A DNA stretch of 64,000 nucleotides from an uncultured archaeon. GTDB lineage: Archaea; Asgardarchaeota; Lokiarchaeia; Sigyniarchaeales; SOKP01. Below the pieces are notes generated by a model. It was not told the origin of the DNA and made no database searches. It saw only the letters and a program-made list of their open reading frames with translations. The stretch's first letter is position 1. Each line of letters begins with the position of its first letter. The stretch lies in NCBI GenBank assembly GCA_964508365.1, contig CAZDTP010000002.1, forward strand, positions 64,001 to 128,000, given 5' to 3'. Positions 10,581-20,499 of the stretch are shown piece after piece. The position numbers were made by a program, and so were the translations under genes.

Positions 10581-10637
10581 TTGTGACTATAGGTCATGAC
10601 ACAATAACATTTAAATAGTCGCGGCACTTAGTCACAA
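10581..10637. promoter_or_regulatory. Inverted repeat TTGTGACTA...TAGTCACAA, candidate operator
   Basis: Exact 9-bp inverted repeat (10581-10589 and 10629-10637) plus an ATAGTC half-site at 10615-10620, in the divergent TrmB/methyltransferase spacer. Confidence 0.45.
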
Positions 10638-10670
10638 ATATTAATCAATTAAAGTTTAAGGTTATTTAAA

Positions 10671-11441
10671 TTGAAAAAAGAAAAACCTAAGTATGGATGG
10701 TATGTAAGAGATTTGATCATCGGTTTCACTATTATTGGTCTTGTAGGATTAATTGTTTTTATTTTTGGACTATATTTACATGGTATCTTAGGAAACATTC
10801 TTATTTGTATTGGTGTAGTTCTTATGTTTTTATTTCTATGGCCGGGTGTTGGATTAACAGCTCTTAATCTTACGATTAGTGATTCTTTCTATTTAGACAA
10901 AAGCATGGAAGCTCTCTACAAAACAGAATCACTACAAATCTTAGATGTAGGATGTGGTACTGGCAGAACAGCAGTCAAGATTGCGAAGCTTTTACAAAAT
11001 GGAGGACATCTAACCGGAATAGATATCTATGAGAAGAAGGCAATAGCAGGGAATTCACTTTATACGGTACAGATGAATGCTAGAATTGAAGAGGTTGAAG
11101 ATCGAACAACATTTCAATATGGGTCTGCAATTGATATCCCATTTGATGATGGAAAATTTGATATAGTTAATTTTTCTTCAGTGTTACATGAACTTCATAT
11201 GGAGTATGGCCCTGAAAAAGCATTGGAAGAAGCGTATCGAGTTTTAAAGCCTGGAGGATATTTATATATTAGTGAATGGAATAGGAACTCCATTCTTACA
11301 ATTATATTTTTAGGAATCTTTTGTTTTGTGTTTAAACCATATAAATACTGGCGCAATCTTATTGACAAACATGGATTTCAAGAGCTTTCCTATCAGCGAT
11401 TCGGTGGTTTTGGTATCTTTTCAACCATAAAAAAGAAGTAA
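10671..11441 (+). CDS. Class I SAM-dependent methyltransferase with two N-terminal TM helices
   Basis: ILDVGCGTG motif I, IPFDDGKFD and EAYRVLKPGG motifs, hydrophobic N-terminus, TTG start. Confidence 0.88.
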   Translation: MKKEKPKYGWYVRDLIIGFTIIGLVGLIVFIFGLYLHGILGNILICIGVVLMFLFLWPGVGLTALNLTISDSFYLDKSMEALYKTESLQILDVGCGTGRTAVKIAKLLQNGGHLTGIDIYEKKAIAGNSLYTVQMNARIEEVEDRTTFQYGSAIDIPFDDGKFDIVNFSSVLHELHMEYGPEKALEEAYRVLKPGGYLYISEWNRNSILTIIFLGIFCFVFKPYKYWRNLIDKHGFQELSYQRFGGFGIFSTIKKK

Positions 11442-11547
11442 TCTCTTTTTTTTATATTCTTTCTTTTAATATTATAATAACGAAACAAATAATTTTAACA
11501 AGTTAATACTATTAAGGCTAATTAAAAGCATTCAAATGGTCAGATAA

Positions 11548-11922
11548 ATGAAAAAGAAAATTATTTTTATCCGATTTACTTATTGGTAGGGAGCTATTTT
11601 TGATATATTGGTTTTCCTTGATATGATTCTCTCTATAATATTTGAATTTTCAGTTACAATGACGAACATAAGTAAAGATGTCTCTTATAAATATCAAACA
11701 GGAACAGGAGCTTTTTTAATGTTAGGAGGGACAATTCTACTAATATGGGCTGATTGTAATCCAATTGAGCGCAAAGAGGTTCTACTTCTGAAAGTAATAC
11801 CAGTTGTAGTAGGAATAATGGTTATAAATATCTTATATATCTATTTCTGGTTTCTTTTTGTTATTAAATGGATAGTTTTTATAATCGTTTATTTATTGGT
11901 AATATCTATAGATATAAGTTAA
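11548..11922 (+). pseudogene. Small membrane protein interrupted by an in-frame TAG at 11587-11589
   Basis: ATG 11548 MKKKIIFIRFTYW-TAG-GAIFDILVFLDM continues in frame into ORF 11608-11922. The joined sequence resembles a membrane family I recall as xxRxxYWxGAIxD...GWTxLLIWADRxPxERK. Confidence 0.6.
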
Positions 11923-11943
11923 ATAAAAAATAAAATTAGAAGA

Positions 11944-12903
11944 TTAAGATTCTTCGAATAAATCTTTAAGCTCATCATAGCTTAGCTTCAAATAGGAAGC
12001 GGAAATCTTATCCTTTCCAATTAAGGTCTTGAAATTTTTTTTCCTCTTCTTATTTAGAAAATTTTTCATCTCGCTGAGGTCTGGTTCTTTAGATGTAACT
12101 TCGATTAACTTTTCTTTTATAGCGTGATTTACGACCTTTTGACCCACTTCTGTTCGGATTATTAGGAACGCTTCGCCAGAACCTTTTGGAGCCCCCCATG
12201 GACTATATGAAATGTCTGAAAATTCGCCAGAGAAATCAGTACAGTATTTACAACCAGTCATTCCACCAGATGAGCAAGCAAAGGCTATTTTTAATGAAGT
12301 TCGCTCTGCTCCTGTGTTGAAATCGCTTGTTATAATCTTGGCCAAACCTTGAAGATGGCATGGGTTTCCGATAATACCAATATCCCGTTTCCTGTCTAAG
12401 TAAGCCTGGCCAATCCCCGTAATTAATGGTCCTGCGTTATCCATCGTTTTTTTAGGAATGTAATTTTTTGCCGTTTTAGCATCATCAACGATTACAGGAA
12501 ATGCTACTGGCGGTTTTGTGCTTTTAGGTTCGGATAAAACGAAATGTTTTGTTACTCCAGACTTAAAAGCAGCCACAACTAAATTAAATAGAATATCATC
12601 TTTATTTTTAGATTTTACTTGGATGATATCTTTATAAACACCTAATCCTAAATCAACGCGTGTTTGACCAAACATTTTTAGCTCGATTTCTGAAATGGGA
12701 AGAAAACTGCGGGGACATGCATTATAACACAAACCTACAGTCTCAGCACATTCATCGACTACATAAGCTACCCCAGTTTCCTTATTGAAATCCATATGTG
12801 GACAGAATGCGTTACAGCTTCCGCAATGGATGCATAATCCTCCATAGATAACTTCATTTTCAAGATCTTGACTTGATTTTTCAATCTTCATTAATAATTT
12901 CAC
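11944..12903 (-). CDS. Coenzyme F420 hydrogenase/dehydrogenase beta-subunit (FrhB/FdhB) family protein
   Basis: N-terminal CIHCGSCNAFCP and CYNACP ferredoxin, IGNPCHLQG and GCKYCTDFSGEFSDIS motifs. Confidence 0.85.
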   Translation of the reverse strand: MKLLMKIEKSSQDLENEVIYGGLCIHCGSCNAFCPHMDFNKETGVAYVVDECAETVGLCYNACPRSFLPISEIELKMFGQTRVDLGLGVYKDIIQVKSKNKDDILFNLVVAAFKSGVTKHFVLSEPKSTKPPVAFPVIVDDAKTAKNYIPKKTMDNAGPLITGIGQAYLDRKRDIGIIGNPCHLQGLAKIITSDFNTGAERTSLKIAFACSSGGMTGCKYCTDFSGEFSDISYSPWGAPKGSGEAFLIIRTEVGQKVVNHAIKEKLIEVTSKEPDLSEMKNFLNKKRKKNFKTLIGKDKISASYLKLSYDELKDLFEES

Positions 12904-13269
12904 TTTAAAATGCTAATAATCAATCTTTTAATATTGAATAGTAAAATAAATCATGGCATATAAACTTTAAATGAAATTTCACACTCTTTATATTCTAAGG
13001 ATTCAAGAATAATATATTAAAATTTGTAAAGATTATATAAAACGGATATATTTAATCTAATGAACTCCAAAATCTGACGAATAGATACTTCCTTTTTAAA
13101 AAATTCTCCCAATACATAGTCATATATATTTTTCAGCTAACCCACCAAAACCATTTAGAAATTTTGTAAATTAATCTTTAGAAGCCTATGAGACAAAACA
13201 TATTTATTTAAATTTCACACATGCTTTTACCAGTTAAAATATTTCATTTATTTACTTATTTAATTTTCA

Positions 13270-14367
13270 ATGCCTACACTTCCTTCTTTACCTCGTAATA
13301 TAACGCTCCACTTAACGGAGAATTGCAATTTAAGATGTAAGATGTGTTATTTCTGGGGAGACACTGGTGCATATTCTACTTCTCGGACTAAACAGAAACC
13401 CAAGATTTTAAATTTTGAAATTGTTAAGAACTTAATTAGAGAACTTGCGATTGTAAAACCAATTTATTCCCTTTATGGTGGAGAACCACTACTATATCCT
13501 TATTTTGAAGAATTAATAGATGAAATTAAAAAGAATAATTCCTTTGTAGATACTCCAACAAATGGAACTCTTTTATCCGACAATGCGGAAATATTGGTAA
13601 AAAAAGAATTTGACTTTGTGAGGGTTTCTCTTGACGGTCCTCGAGATATTAACGATAAACAAAGGGGTTCTGGAAGTTACGATAAAGCAATTAAAGGAAT
13701 AAATGACCTTTTCGAGGCGAAAAAGAAGAACAAAGCAAAAAAACCTTTTATTGATATAATTTACACGATAACTCCTGATAACTTTCTAACAGTCGAAGAA
13801 TTTTTCTTGCATGATCTTGATATTTCAAAAGTAGATCATATTACAATACAAATGCAGAACTATATTACAAGAAAAATGGGAAAAGATTACGCAGAATTTC
13901 TCAGTTCAGAATTCGGAATTCAAAGTGATACCTATTGGAAAAGTATGGTCCGTTTACCTTCTGAATTCTGTGAAATAGACAGAACTGAGTTATCTAGACA
14001 AGTTAACAGAGTGCGAACTTATTATTCCAGTCAAAATAAGAATGTGATGCTTCTACCGCCTACATTTTCTTCACAGAATTTAGAAGCATATCTAACTTCG
14101 AATTGGGATCAGATGATTGATGTGTATGAAAAGTGCATTATTCCTTGGGTTTCAGCAGAAATTGTCGCTAATGGTGATGTAGCACCATGTCATGTATTCT
14201 ATGATTTAGTGCTTGGAAATCTTTATGAGAACGGTATTGCCGATATTTGGAACGGAGAGAAATATAAAAGGTTCAGAAATTATATAGAATCAAAAATTTT
14301 TATGCCAATATGTCCAGGGTGCTGTATATTATACTTAAGTGGTAAAAAGTTGAGATCTAAAAAATAA
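13270..14367 (+). CDS. Radical SAM/SPASM-domain protein
   Basis: CNLRCKMC, GGEPLL, TNGTLL and VSLDG motifs; C-terminal CIIPW...NGDVAPC...CPGCC. Confidence 0.9.
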   Translation: MPTLPSLPRNITLHLTENCNLRCKMCYFWGDTGAYSTSRTKQKPKILNFEIVKNLIRELAIVKPIYSLYGGEPLLYPYFEELIDEIKKNNSFVDTPTNGTLLSDNAEILVKKEFDFVRVSLDGPRDINDKQRGSGSYDKAIKGINDLFEAKKKNKAKKPFIDIIYTITPDNFLTVEEFFLHDLDISKVDHITIQMQNYITRKMGKDYAEFLSSEFGIQSDTYWKSMVRLPSEFCEIDRTELSRQVNRVRTYYSSQNKNVMLLPPTFSSQNLEAYLTSNWDQMIDVYEKCIIPWVSAEIVANGDVAPCHVFYDLVLGNLYENGIADIWNGEKYKRFRNYIESKIFMPICPGCCILYLSGKKLRSKK

Positions 14368-14370
14368 TTA

Positions 14371-14661
14371 TCAGTATTTATCACCATTTTCATCTAAAAA
14401 ACGTGAACATGTTTCATCTAATTTCTTAATTATATGATTTCGGTCTTTCCATATAATCCACGTACTTCCCGATTTTTCGAAGTGAAATCCATCGTAATCG
14501 TCTTTTATTTTAGACAATGTTTTTTTCACAAAGCTCCAAGAAAACCCAGTTTGCTCAACAACTTCTGCAATTGCGATGGGATGATTAACTGTTAGGTTAT
14601 TGTTAAAAAAATCTATAATTTTTTCAAATCCCGTTTTGGGGAGTAAATTTTCTTTCTTCAA
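14371..14661 (-). CDS. Small winged-helix-like protein
   Basis: IAIAEVVEQTGFSWSFVKKTL (HTH-like) followed by a beta-hairpin EKSGSTWIIW. TTG start. Confidence 0.6.
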   Translation of the reverse strand: MKKENLLPKTGFEKIIDFFNNNLTVNHPIAIAEVVEQTGFSWSFVKKTLSKIKDDYDGFHFEKSGSTWIIWKDRNHIIKKLDETCSRFLDENGDKY

Positions 14662-14826
14662 GGTAAAGAGTATCCACTTCTAAAATTCAAATTATTTAGT
14701 ATATAATTTATGTAAGGTTTAAGGATATTTAATATTCGTATCTATCTACTACTATTATCTCGATGTAATTTTTATCTTATTATAAATACTGCGCGAATTG
14801 TATCTAAAATGAGCAATTAAAACGCT

Positions 14827-16017
14827 TTATTTTTTAAAATTTAGAAATTCTCCAGATTTCATCAGGTCACACGGTTTAAAATAATTTATTTGAGTGGTTT
14901 CTGCGAGTTCGATTAATATCTGGGACCATTTTTCATAATTTCTTTTACCAGCTCCAAATGGTCCGGGCATATCCATTCCTGCTAACATTGTATCATCAAT
15001 TATTTTATACCCGTTAACAATTTTTTCCTCTAATAATCTACATCCTTCGTTTAATTGAATTGCGTAATATTGTTCTGGGCTAAATAATCCTGCTTTTTCA
15101 TTTGTTTTAATATTAGGTTTTCCTTCAACCCACTCATAAATACCTTTCCCCGTTTTTCTTCCCAGATTACCTTCTTTAAGAAGGTTTGTAAGAGTTTTAC
15201 CGGGAGCAAATTCAGGCGATATTTCTTTAACAAAATAATTCATTACATCACATACAACATCCAAACCTAAAAAATCCCATTTAGCTAAGGGGCCCAATTC
15301 AGGGGGAGATACAAAATCATTGTCGATCTTCTCGTAGGGAATCCCTTTATCAGTAGCCATATCTAAAATCCAATTAAATAAGAGGCTTGTCGCAATAGTT
15401 AAGCGATTTACGATAAATCCTGGACTTTCTTTTTCTATTTTTGCAATATATCTTTTACCTTTGAGTGCCGGTAGCTTTTGACCAATTGCTACCCCTATGT
15501 CAAATGCTTCTTGTGATGTTTTCTCCCCTTTTATTAATTCAATTAACCTAAGTAAAGGAATTGGGGTAAAAAAATGCATACCAATTACTTGTTCAGGCCT
15601 GTTTGATGTTTCGGCTATTTTAGAGATACTCATCGTTGAGGTATTTGTTGCTAGTACAGTATGTTCTAGTGCATATTCCCCTAGTTCTTTAAATAAATCT
15701 TGCTTCAATTCCATTACTTCAGGTATTGCTTCTACAACAAAATCAGCTTCTTTGATTGAAGTTATTAGGTTTTTCGTAGTAATGAGTTTTTTAATTAAAA
15801 AATCGGTTGTTAAACCTTGACCCAATTTTCCTTTTGATTCGATTTTCTCAAGACCTGTTGTAATGTATTTTTTCGCAGTGATTAAAGCATTTTCATTAAT
15901 ATCGTTCAAAATAACCTTTTCAAATAAGTTTGACATTAGAGCAACTTGTGCTATTTCCCTTCCCATTGTCCCCGCCCCAACTACAACAAATGTTTTAAAA
16001 CGACTTAAATCTACCAT
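14827..16017 (-). CDS. 3-hydroxyacyl-CoA dehydrogenase with an extra C-terminal helical domain
   Basis: VVGAGTMG, EAIPE, ATNTSTM, GMHFF, PGFIVNR and GRKTGKGIYEW motifs. ATG at 16017 follows an SD-like GAGGT; the track uses TTG 16035. Confidence 0.9.
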   Translation of the reverse strand: MVDLSRFKTFVVVGAGTMGREIAQVALMSNLFEKVILNDINENALITAKKYITTGLEKIESKGKLGQGLTTDFLIKKLITTKNLITSIKEADFVVEAIPEVMELKQDLFKELGEYALEHTVLATNTSTMSISKIAETSNRPEQVIGMHFFTPIPLLRLIELIKGEKTSQEAFDIGVAIGQKLPALKGKRYIAKIEKESPGFIVNRLTIATSLLFNWILDMATDKGIPYEKIDNDFVSPPELGPLAKWDFLGLDVVCDVMNYFVKEISPEFAPGKTLTNLLKEGNLGRKTGKGIYEWVEGKPNIKTNEKAGLFSPEQYYAIQLNEGCRLLEEKIVNGYKIIDDTMLAGMDMPGPFGAGKRNYEKWSQILIELAETTQINYFKPCDLMKSGEFLNFKK

Positions 16018-16093
16018 TTTAATATTTAACCTCAAGATTTTTTGCTAATAAAATAAATATGGAGAACAACTCCTTATATTCAAAAATTAAAAA

Positions 16094-17161
16094 TCATATA
16101 AAAAAGATTGTTACTATTAATTGGGATAGTAAAAAAGCGCCAATTCCTAAAAATATGGAAATCGGAAGTCCTGGCAAAATCTTATTTTTTTTCAATCTCG
16201 ATATAGTAATTCCTGTTCCAATTACGATTGCTAAGGTAGTCAAAGCCGTAATAATAATATTATTCGTGAATATAAGTACGCTGGAAGTAAGTAAAGCATA
16301 AAAAACTAGATCTCCAATACCAATCTCTAATTTGGATGTATCGTAAACAGCATTACCACTTTCAATTTTCTCTTCTATTTCTGATTTTGTCATTTCGTCT
16401 TCATTATCATTCTTTGAAAGTATTTCTATCATTTCCTTAATTGGTCCTTTTTTATAAAGGACAGCAAAAATATCCCAAAAAGATATACCAACCAAAATAG
16501 CAAGAGTGCTCCAAAAAGGTAAAACGATGCTCATAGAAGCGCTAATTAGAAGGCTGATATATAGGACGATAAAATTTTTAGTTTTTATTGATTTTGATGT
16601 GAAATATTTATAGATAAGAAAGAAAACAGAAATTGCAGTTCCCATTGGTAGATACAAATTCGTAAAGAGAAGATAGAGCTTAAATACAAAATTAGTTTCA
16701 GGAAATTGGATAAAAATTAAGTAAACAATTACATCTAAGAACATTATGGTAATGAAAAAACTAACAAAGCCGAAACTTATTCCAAAAAGGTATTTCAAAA
16801 CACCTATCCCCAGCTTTTTGATAAAATATACTATTGTAAATCCAGATACAACCGCAATTACCGTAAAAATCACACCATTCAATATGACAGCTAATGCCCC
16901 CAATTCATCTTCAGGAAAGTAACTTTCTTCGACTTGAACTCCCGCAACAAAGAAGGTGAGATACGCCAGTATTGAAGCTAGGATTATTACGACCACAATA
17001 GGAATTGAGTAAAATTTGAACTTTATTCTATAAGTTGGTAAAAAATGTGGAACAATATCCTTTTCGATAATTTCTTTTTGTTCGTTTTTAATTTCTGAAT
17101 AATGACGCGTATCTTCTTGGTTATCCTTTCGCAAATTTACTGAATTTGGGTTATTAGACAT
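16094..17161 (-). CDS. Presenilin-family intramembrane aspartyl protease
   Basis: About nine TM helices, ISFWDIFAV (YD-type Asp), IGIGDLVFY (GxGD) and LPGLP (PAL-type) motifs. Confidence 0.9.
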   Translation of the reverse strand: MSNNPNSVNLRKDNQEDTRHYSEIKNEQKEIIEKDIVPHFLPTYRIKFKFYSIPIVVVIILASILAYLTFFVAGVQVEESYFPEDELGALAVILNGVIFTVIAVVSGFTIVYFIKKLGIGVLKYLFGISFGFVSFFITIMFLDVIVYLIFIQFPETNFVFKLYLLFTNLYLPMGTAISVFFLIYKYFTSKSIKTKNFIVLYISLLISASMSIVLPFWSTLAILVGISFWDIFAVLYKKGPIKEMIEILSKNDNEDEMTKSEIEEKIESGNAVYDTSKLEIGIGDLVFYALLTSSVLIFTNNIIITALTTLAIVIGTGITISRLKKNKILPGLPISIFLGIGAFLLSQLIVTIFFI

Positions 17162-17280
17162 TATTTTATAGACTAAGTTTTTTGAAATACTAATTTAAAT
17201 TAATAAAATAATTAATAATTTAAATATATAATAATAAAGAATTATAAGGCTTGATAATCGTATTGTAAAATAATGAAATT

Positions 17281-17988
17281 ATGTCAAAATATCAAAATGA
17301 TAAATATATTTTGATTAATCAAGAAATTCCATTACCTTCAACTCAATTTCCCTCTAAAACACACATTTATCCTAACTATTTGGGAATAGTTTTTATCGGA
17401 AAGATTTCAACATCCATTTTAACGAAATTAGATTTTTATATTAATGAAATATTTAACTCATTTTTTTATGAAATTCTTTTTATTGGAGAATTGGAAATCC
17501 CCTCTATTTTGTATGAGAGTGGGATTAAAAAAGAGCATAATTTATTAAACCAAGCTTTTAAAAAGGTAACCCTCCAACCAACTAACAAATTATACGATAT
17601 TATTAGGAATTTAATGAGAAGCCACAATTTTAATGTAGGTTTAGGACTTACGGACCTACCTATTTATTCAAGTAACGACGAGAGCTTATTATTCCTATTT
17701 GGAGAATCTAATATTAATCACAGGTGTGCTATAGTATCTACTCATAATTTGAATCCTCAATTTAATAAAGAATCGGGATATAACTTAAAAGTTGGAAATA
17801 GGATAATTAAAGAAGTAATTCACGAAATTGGACATATAATCATTGGCCTTGAACACTGTCTTACCGCAGATTGTGCTATGCGATTTTCAAAAAATATAGA
17901 AGAGATCGATAATAAATCAGTAAATCTCTGTAAAAAATGTCAGTCAAGATTAAACGAAGTTAGATTAAAGAATAAGTTTAAAAAGTAG
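17281..17988 (+). CDS. amzA: Archaemetzincin zinc metalloprotease (M54)
   Basis: KEVIHEIGHIIIGLEHC...CAMRFS...LCKKC, the HExGHxxGxxH motif plus the Cys4 site. Confidence 0.88.
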   Translation: MSKYQNDKYILINQEIPLPSTQFPSKTHIYPNYLGIVFIGKISTSILTKLDFYINEIFNSFFYEILFIGELEIPSILYESGIKKEHNLLNQAFKKVTLQPTNKLYDIIRNLMRSHNFNVGLGLTDLPIYSSNDESLLFLFGESNINHRCAIVSTHNLNPQFNKESGYNLKVGNRIIKEVIHEIGHIIIGLEHCLTADCAMRFSKNIEEIDNKSVNLCKKCQSRLNEVRLKNKFKK

Positions 17989-19225
17989 CATTAGGTAATT
18001 GTTGTATAAACTCTTTTACTAATTCAACACGTACTTTCCTATCTGCTTTATTGTACCGTAAAGGATAAAGTTGATCAATTGTAAATTTGTAAAGTTTAAT
18101 CCATGTTTTTGCGATCTCGCTTACTCTATAATTTTGAGCAATTTCTTGGGCATTTTTTCCAAATTCAGCCCTAAGATCATCATTTTTTAACAATTCAACA
18201 ACATAATCTTTAAACTGACTAAGGTTGTTAGCTAAATAACCAGTTTTACCGTGTCGAATTATATTACTGATTCCACATGCATTAGCTCCAACATTTGGGG
18301 TTCCTTGAGCCATTGCTTCAAGCAATACAAGTCCTTCAGCTTCAATCCACGACCATAAACACGTTAAATCCGCAGTATTATATAACTTTAGTAAATCGGG
18401 AAAAGGAACGCTTCCAGCATAAGATACGAAATCTTTGTACTGTTTCTTTTTAATTATTTTTTTTACTTGGTCCTTTGAGGGTCCAGCACTTCCAACTAAT
18501 AAAAGATGAGCATCAGGGACTTCTTGATGAACTCTTTTAAAGGTTTTAATAATTTCTATGGGATGTTTTTCAGGAGATAATCGTGATGCATATAAAAGGA
18601 CTTTCTTTCCTTCTAAACCATATTTCTCACGAATTCCATTTTCTTTTAAATTTGTGTAATACGAGTCGCGAATTCCGTTGGTCATGCATACTATCGGTTC
18701 CTTGAACCTATAGTCTCGTAGTAAATCTTTTTTGGATTTTGTAGCAACATGAACAAAATCATACTTATCTACAATGTGGCGTTCATATCTCCAGATCAGG
18801 TCGCCTTTTGTTAATAACTTACCAATTATGGGAACATACTGAGCAGTATAGTATTGCATGGGGCTATTGTGAGTACCTATCATTGGAATACCTAGATACT
18901 TAGCCCAATTTATAGCCATTGATCCTACAGTTGCATGTGTATGAATATGGACTAAATCTAAATAGTCATGTTGACAGAAAAAGATTTTATGGATGGGAGC
19001 ACTTAGGACAAAACCGGTATTTTGGCCAATAATAGCTCCTCCAAGTTCGTGAAAATGTAATGTTTTCGGTATTTTATAACCATTTTGAATTCTTGGTGCA
19101 AAGACATGGACATTGTGTCCAAGATTTGCAATTGCTTCAGATAAAAATCTTACAGCGTGAGCGGTCCCGTTGATTTGGCTATACATTGTGCTGAAAAATC
19201 CGATATCTAGAACATTTTTAGCCAC
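17978..19225 (-). CDS. Glycosyltransferase family 4 (GT-B)
   Basis: INGTAH, HIHT, SRLSPEK and EAEGLVLLEAMAQG motifs. GTG start. Confidence 0.9.
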   Translation of the reverse strand: MAKNVLDIGFFSTMYSQINGTAHAVRFLSEAIANLGHNVHVFAPRIQNGYKIPKTLHFHELGGAIIGQNTGFVLSAPIHKIFFCQHDYLDLVHIHTHATVGSMAINWAKYLGIPMIGTHNSPMQYYTAQYVPIIGKLLTKGDLIWRYERHIVDKYDFVHVATKSKKDLLRDYRFKEPIVCMTNGIRDSYYTNLKENGIREKYGLEGKKVLLYASRLSPEKHPIEIIKTFKRVHQEVPDAHLLLVGSAGPSKDQVKKIIKKKQYKDFVSYAGSVPFPDLLKLYNTADLTCLWSWIEAEGLVLLEAMAQGTPNVGANACGISNIIRHGKTGYLANNLSQFKDYVVELLKNDDLRAEFGKNAQEIAQNYRVSEIAKTWIKLYKFTIDQLYPLRYNKADRKVRVELVKEFIQQLPNATF

Positions 19226-19487
19226 TACGGTAGACCCCTAAAAAATATTATTAATACTATTACTTATATATAAACATCTATCTAGGTTTTTAAACTGTTT
19301 CTTTTATTAAAAATTTTACAGTTTCTTAATAAATTCGTTAAATCCGTTAGGTTTATATACGGTATTTTTTAATTGAAATTATTTTTTTAAATATTATAGT
19401 CATATCCAGAGGAATTATTGCTATTCAGTAATTTTTAATCATGGTTAATATCGATATAAAATTTGTTTAAGTAGGTGAGTAAAAACT

Positions 19488-19970
19488 ATGCAGAAATATC
19501 ATATGCAAAAAAAGGAAAGGGAAATTTTAGATAAAATAATCTTATCGGAAATTATGAAAAACGGTAAGTTTTCAACAATTTCTATGTGTAGAAACGACGA
19601 ACCATATATAGCAACGTTAAGTTATGGTTTTGATGAGATAAATAATTGCTTGTACTTTCATAGTGCTCAAAAGGGATTAAAACTAGAATATTTAAAGGAA
19701 AATCAAAAAGTATGTGGTACAATACTAGAAGATTTAGGCTATATTAAGAGTGATTGCTCTCATAAATACCGCTCCATTGTTTTTTGGGGAGACATGACTA
19801 TTGTAGAAAACTTGGATGAAAAAAAGCATGCGTTTGATATATTGTTAAACCAATTAGAAGATAATCCAAGTAAAGTAAAGAAAAGATTCTTTAAAAGTGA
19901 AGAATCCTATAAAAACACTTGCATACTAAAATTAGATATCAATTTAATTACAGGAAAGGCTTCTGAATAG
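19488..19970 (+). CDS. Pyridoxamine 5'-phosphate oxidase-like / NimA-type flavin-binding protein
   Basis: PYIATLSYG, LYFHSAQKGLK, NQKVC and YRSIVFWG motifs. Confidence 0.85.
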   Translation: MQKYHMQKKEREILDKIILSEIMKNGKFSTISMCRNDEPYIATLSYGFDEINNCLYFHSAQKGLKLEYLKENQKVCGTILEDLGYIKSDCSHKYRSIVFWGDMTIVENLDEKKHAFDILLNQLEDNPSKVKKRFFKSEESYKNTCILKLDINLITGKASE

Positions 19971-20042
19971 TAGTAGTAAAATAAATGTAAGAAATCTTTC
20001 TAAAATCAAAAATTTTTTTTTGTTTGTTTGATAATTATAAAT

Positions 20043-20222
20043 ATGGATGCTTTAGAAGAAAAAAGAATTGTTGAAGAAATTCTAGAAAACAGAAGATTAC
20101 CATATTCGATCGAATTATTAGAAGTTGATGATAATAAATATACGGTTCGTAATAATTTTGGCTCAACAGTTGTGTATTATTTGCGAAATTCTGAATATTT
20201 TTTAGAAGAGGAATTAGATTAA
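20043..20222 (+). CDS. Small acidic hypothetical protein
   Basis: 59-aa ORF from ATG 20043 (the track extends it to TTG 20028), protein-like composition. Confidence 0.6.
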   Translation: MDALEEKRIVEEILENRRLPYSIELLEVDDNKYTVRNNFGSTVVYYLRNSEYFLEEELD

Positions 20223-20499
20223 TACTTTGTATGATTTAATACCATTTTTTAATGGCCCTTTTCTATATAAGTTGATTTTTCCTATTTATATTTTAAGTAC
20301 CACAATTTCGTCCAAAGTCTTAAAAGGCGTTTAAATATAATAGTAAATTAAGAGTCCTTATTGTTTTTAATAGAGAGAAATTAAGTAATTAATAGAGATA
20401 AAAGACCATCTTAAAGACTATTATAATTCTATATACATAAAATTATAAGATTGCTATTTTTTTACTTTAACAGAGATAGAATAAATTACTCATTATTCG

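Noticed and set aside
12974-13220. 11-bp direct repeat AAATTTCACAC at 12974 and 13210
   Set aside because: Short and AT-rich in an AT-rich spacer; plausible by chance without conservation data.
13270-14661. Radical SAM/SPASM plus adjacent 96-aa ORF as a RiPP system
   Set aside because: The small ORF is convergent and looks like a folded wHTH, not a precursor peptide. No transporter or PqqD-like gene is present.
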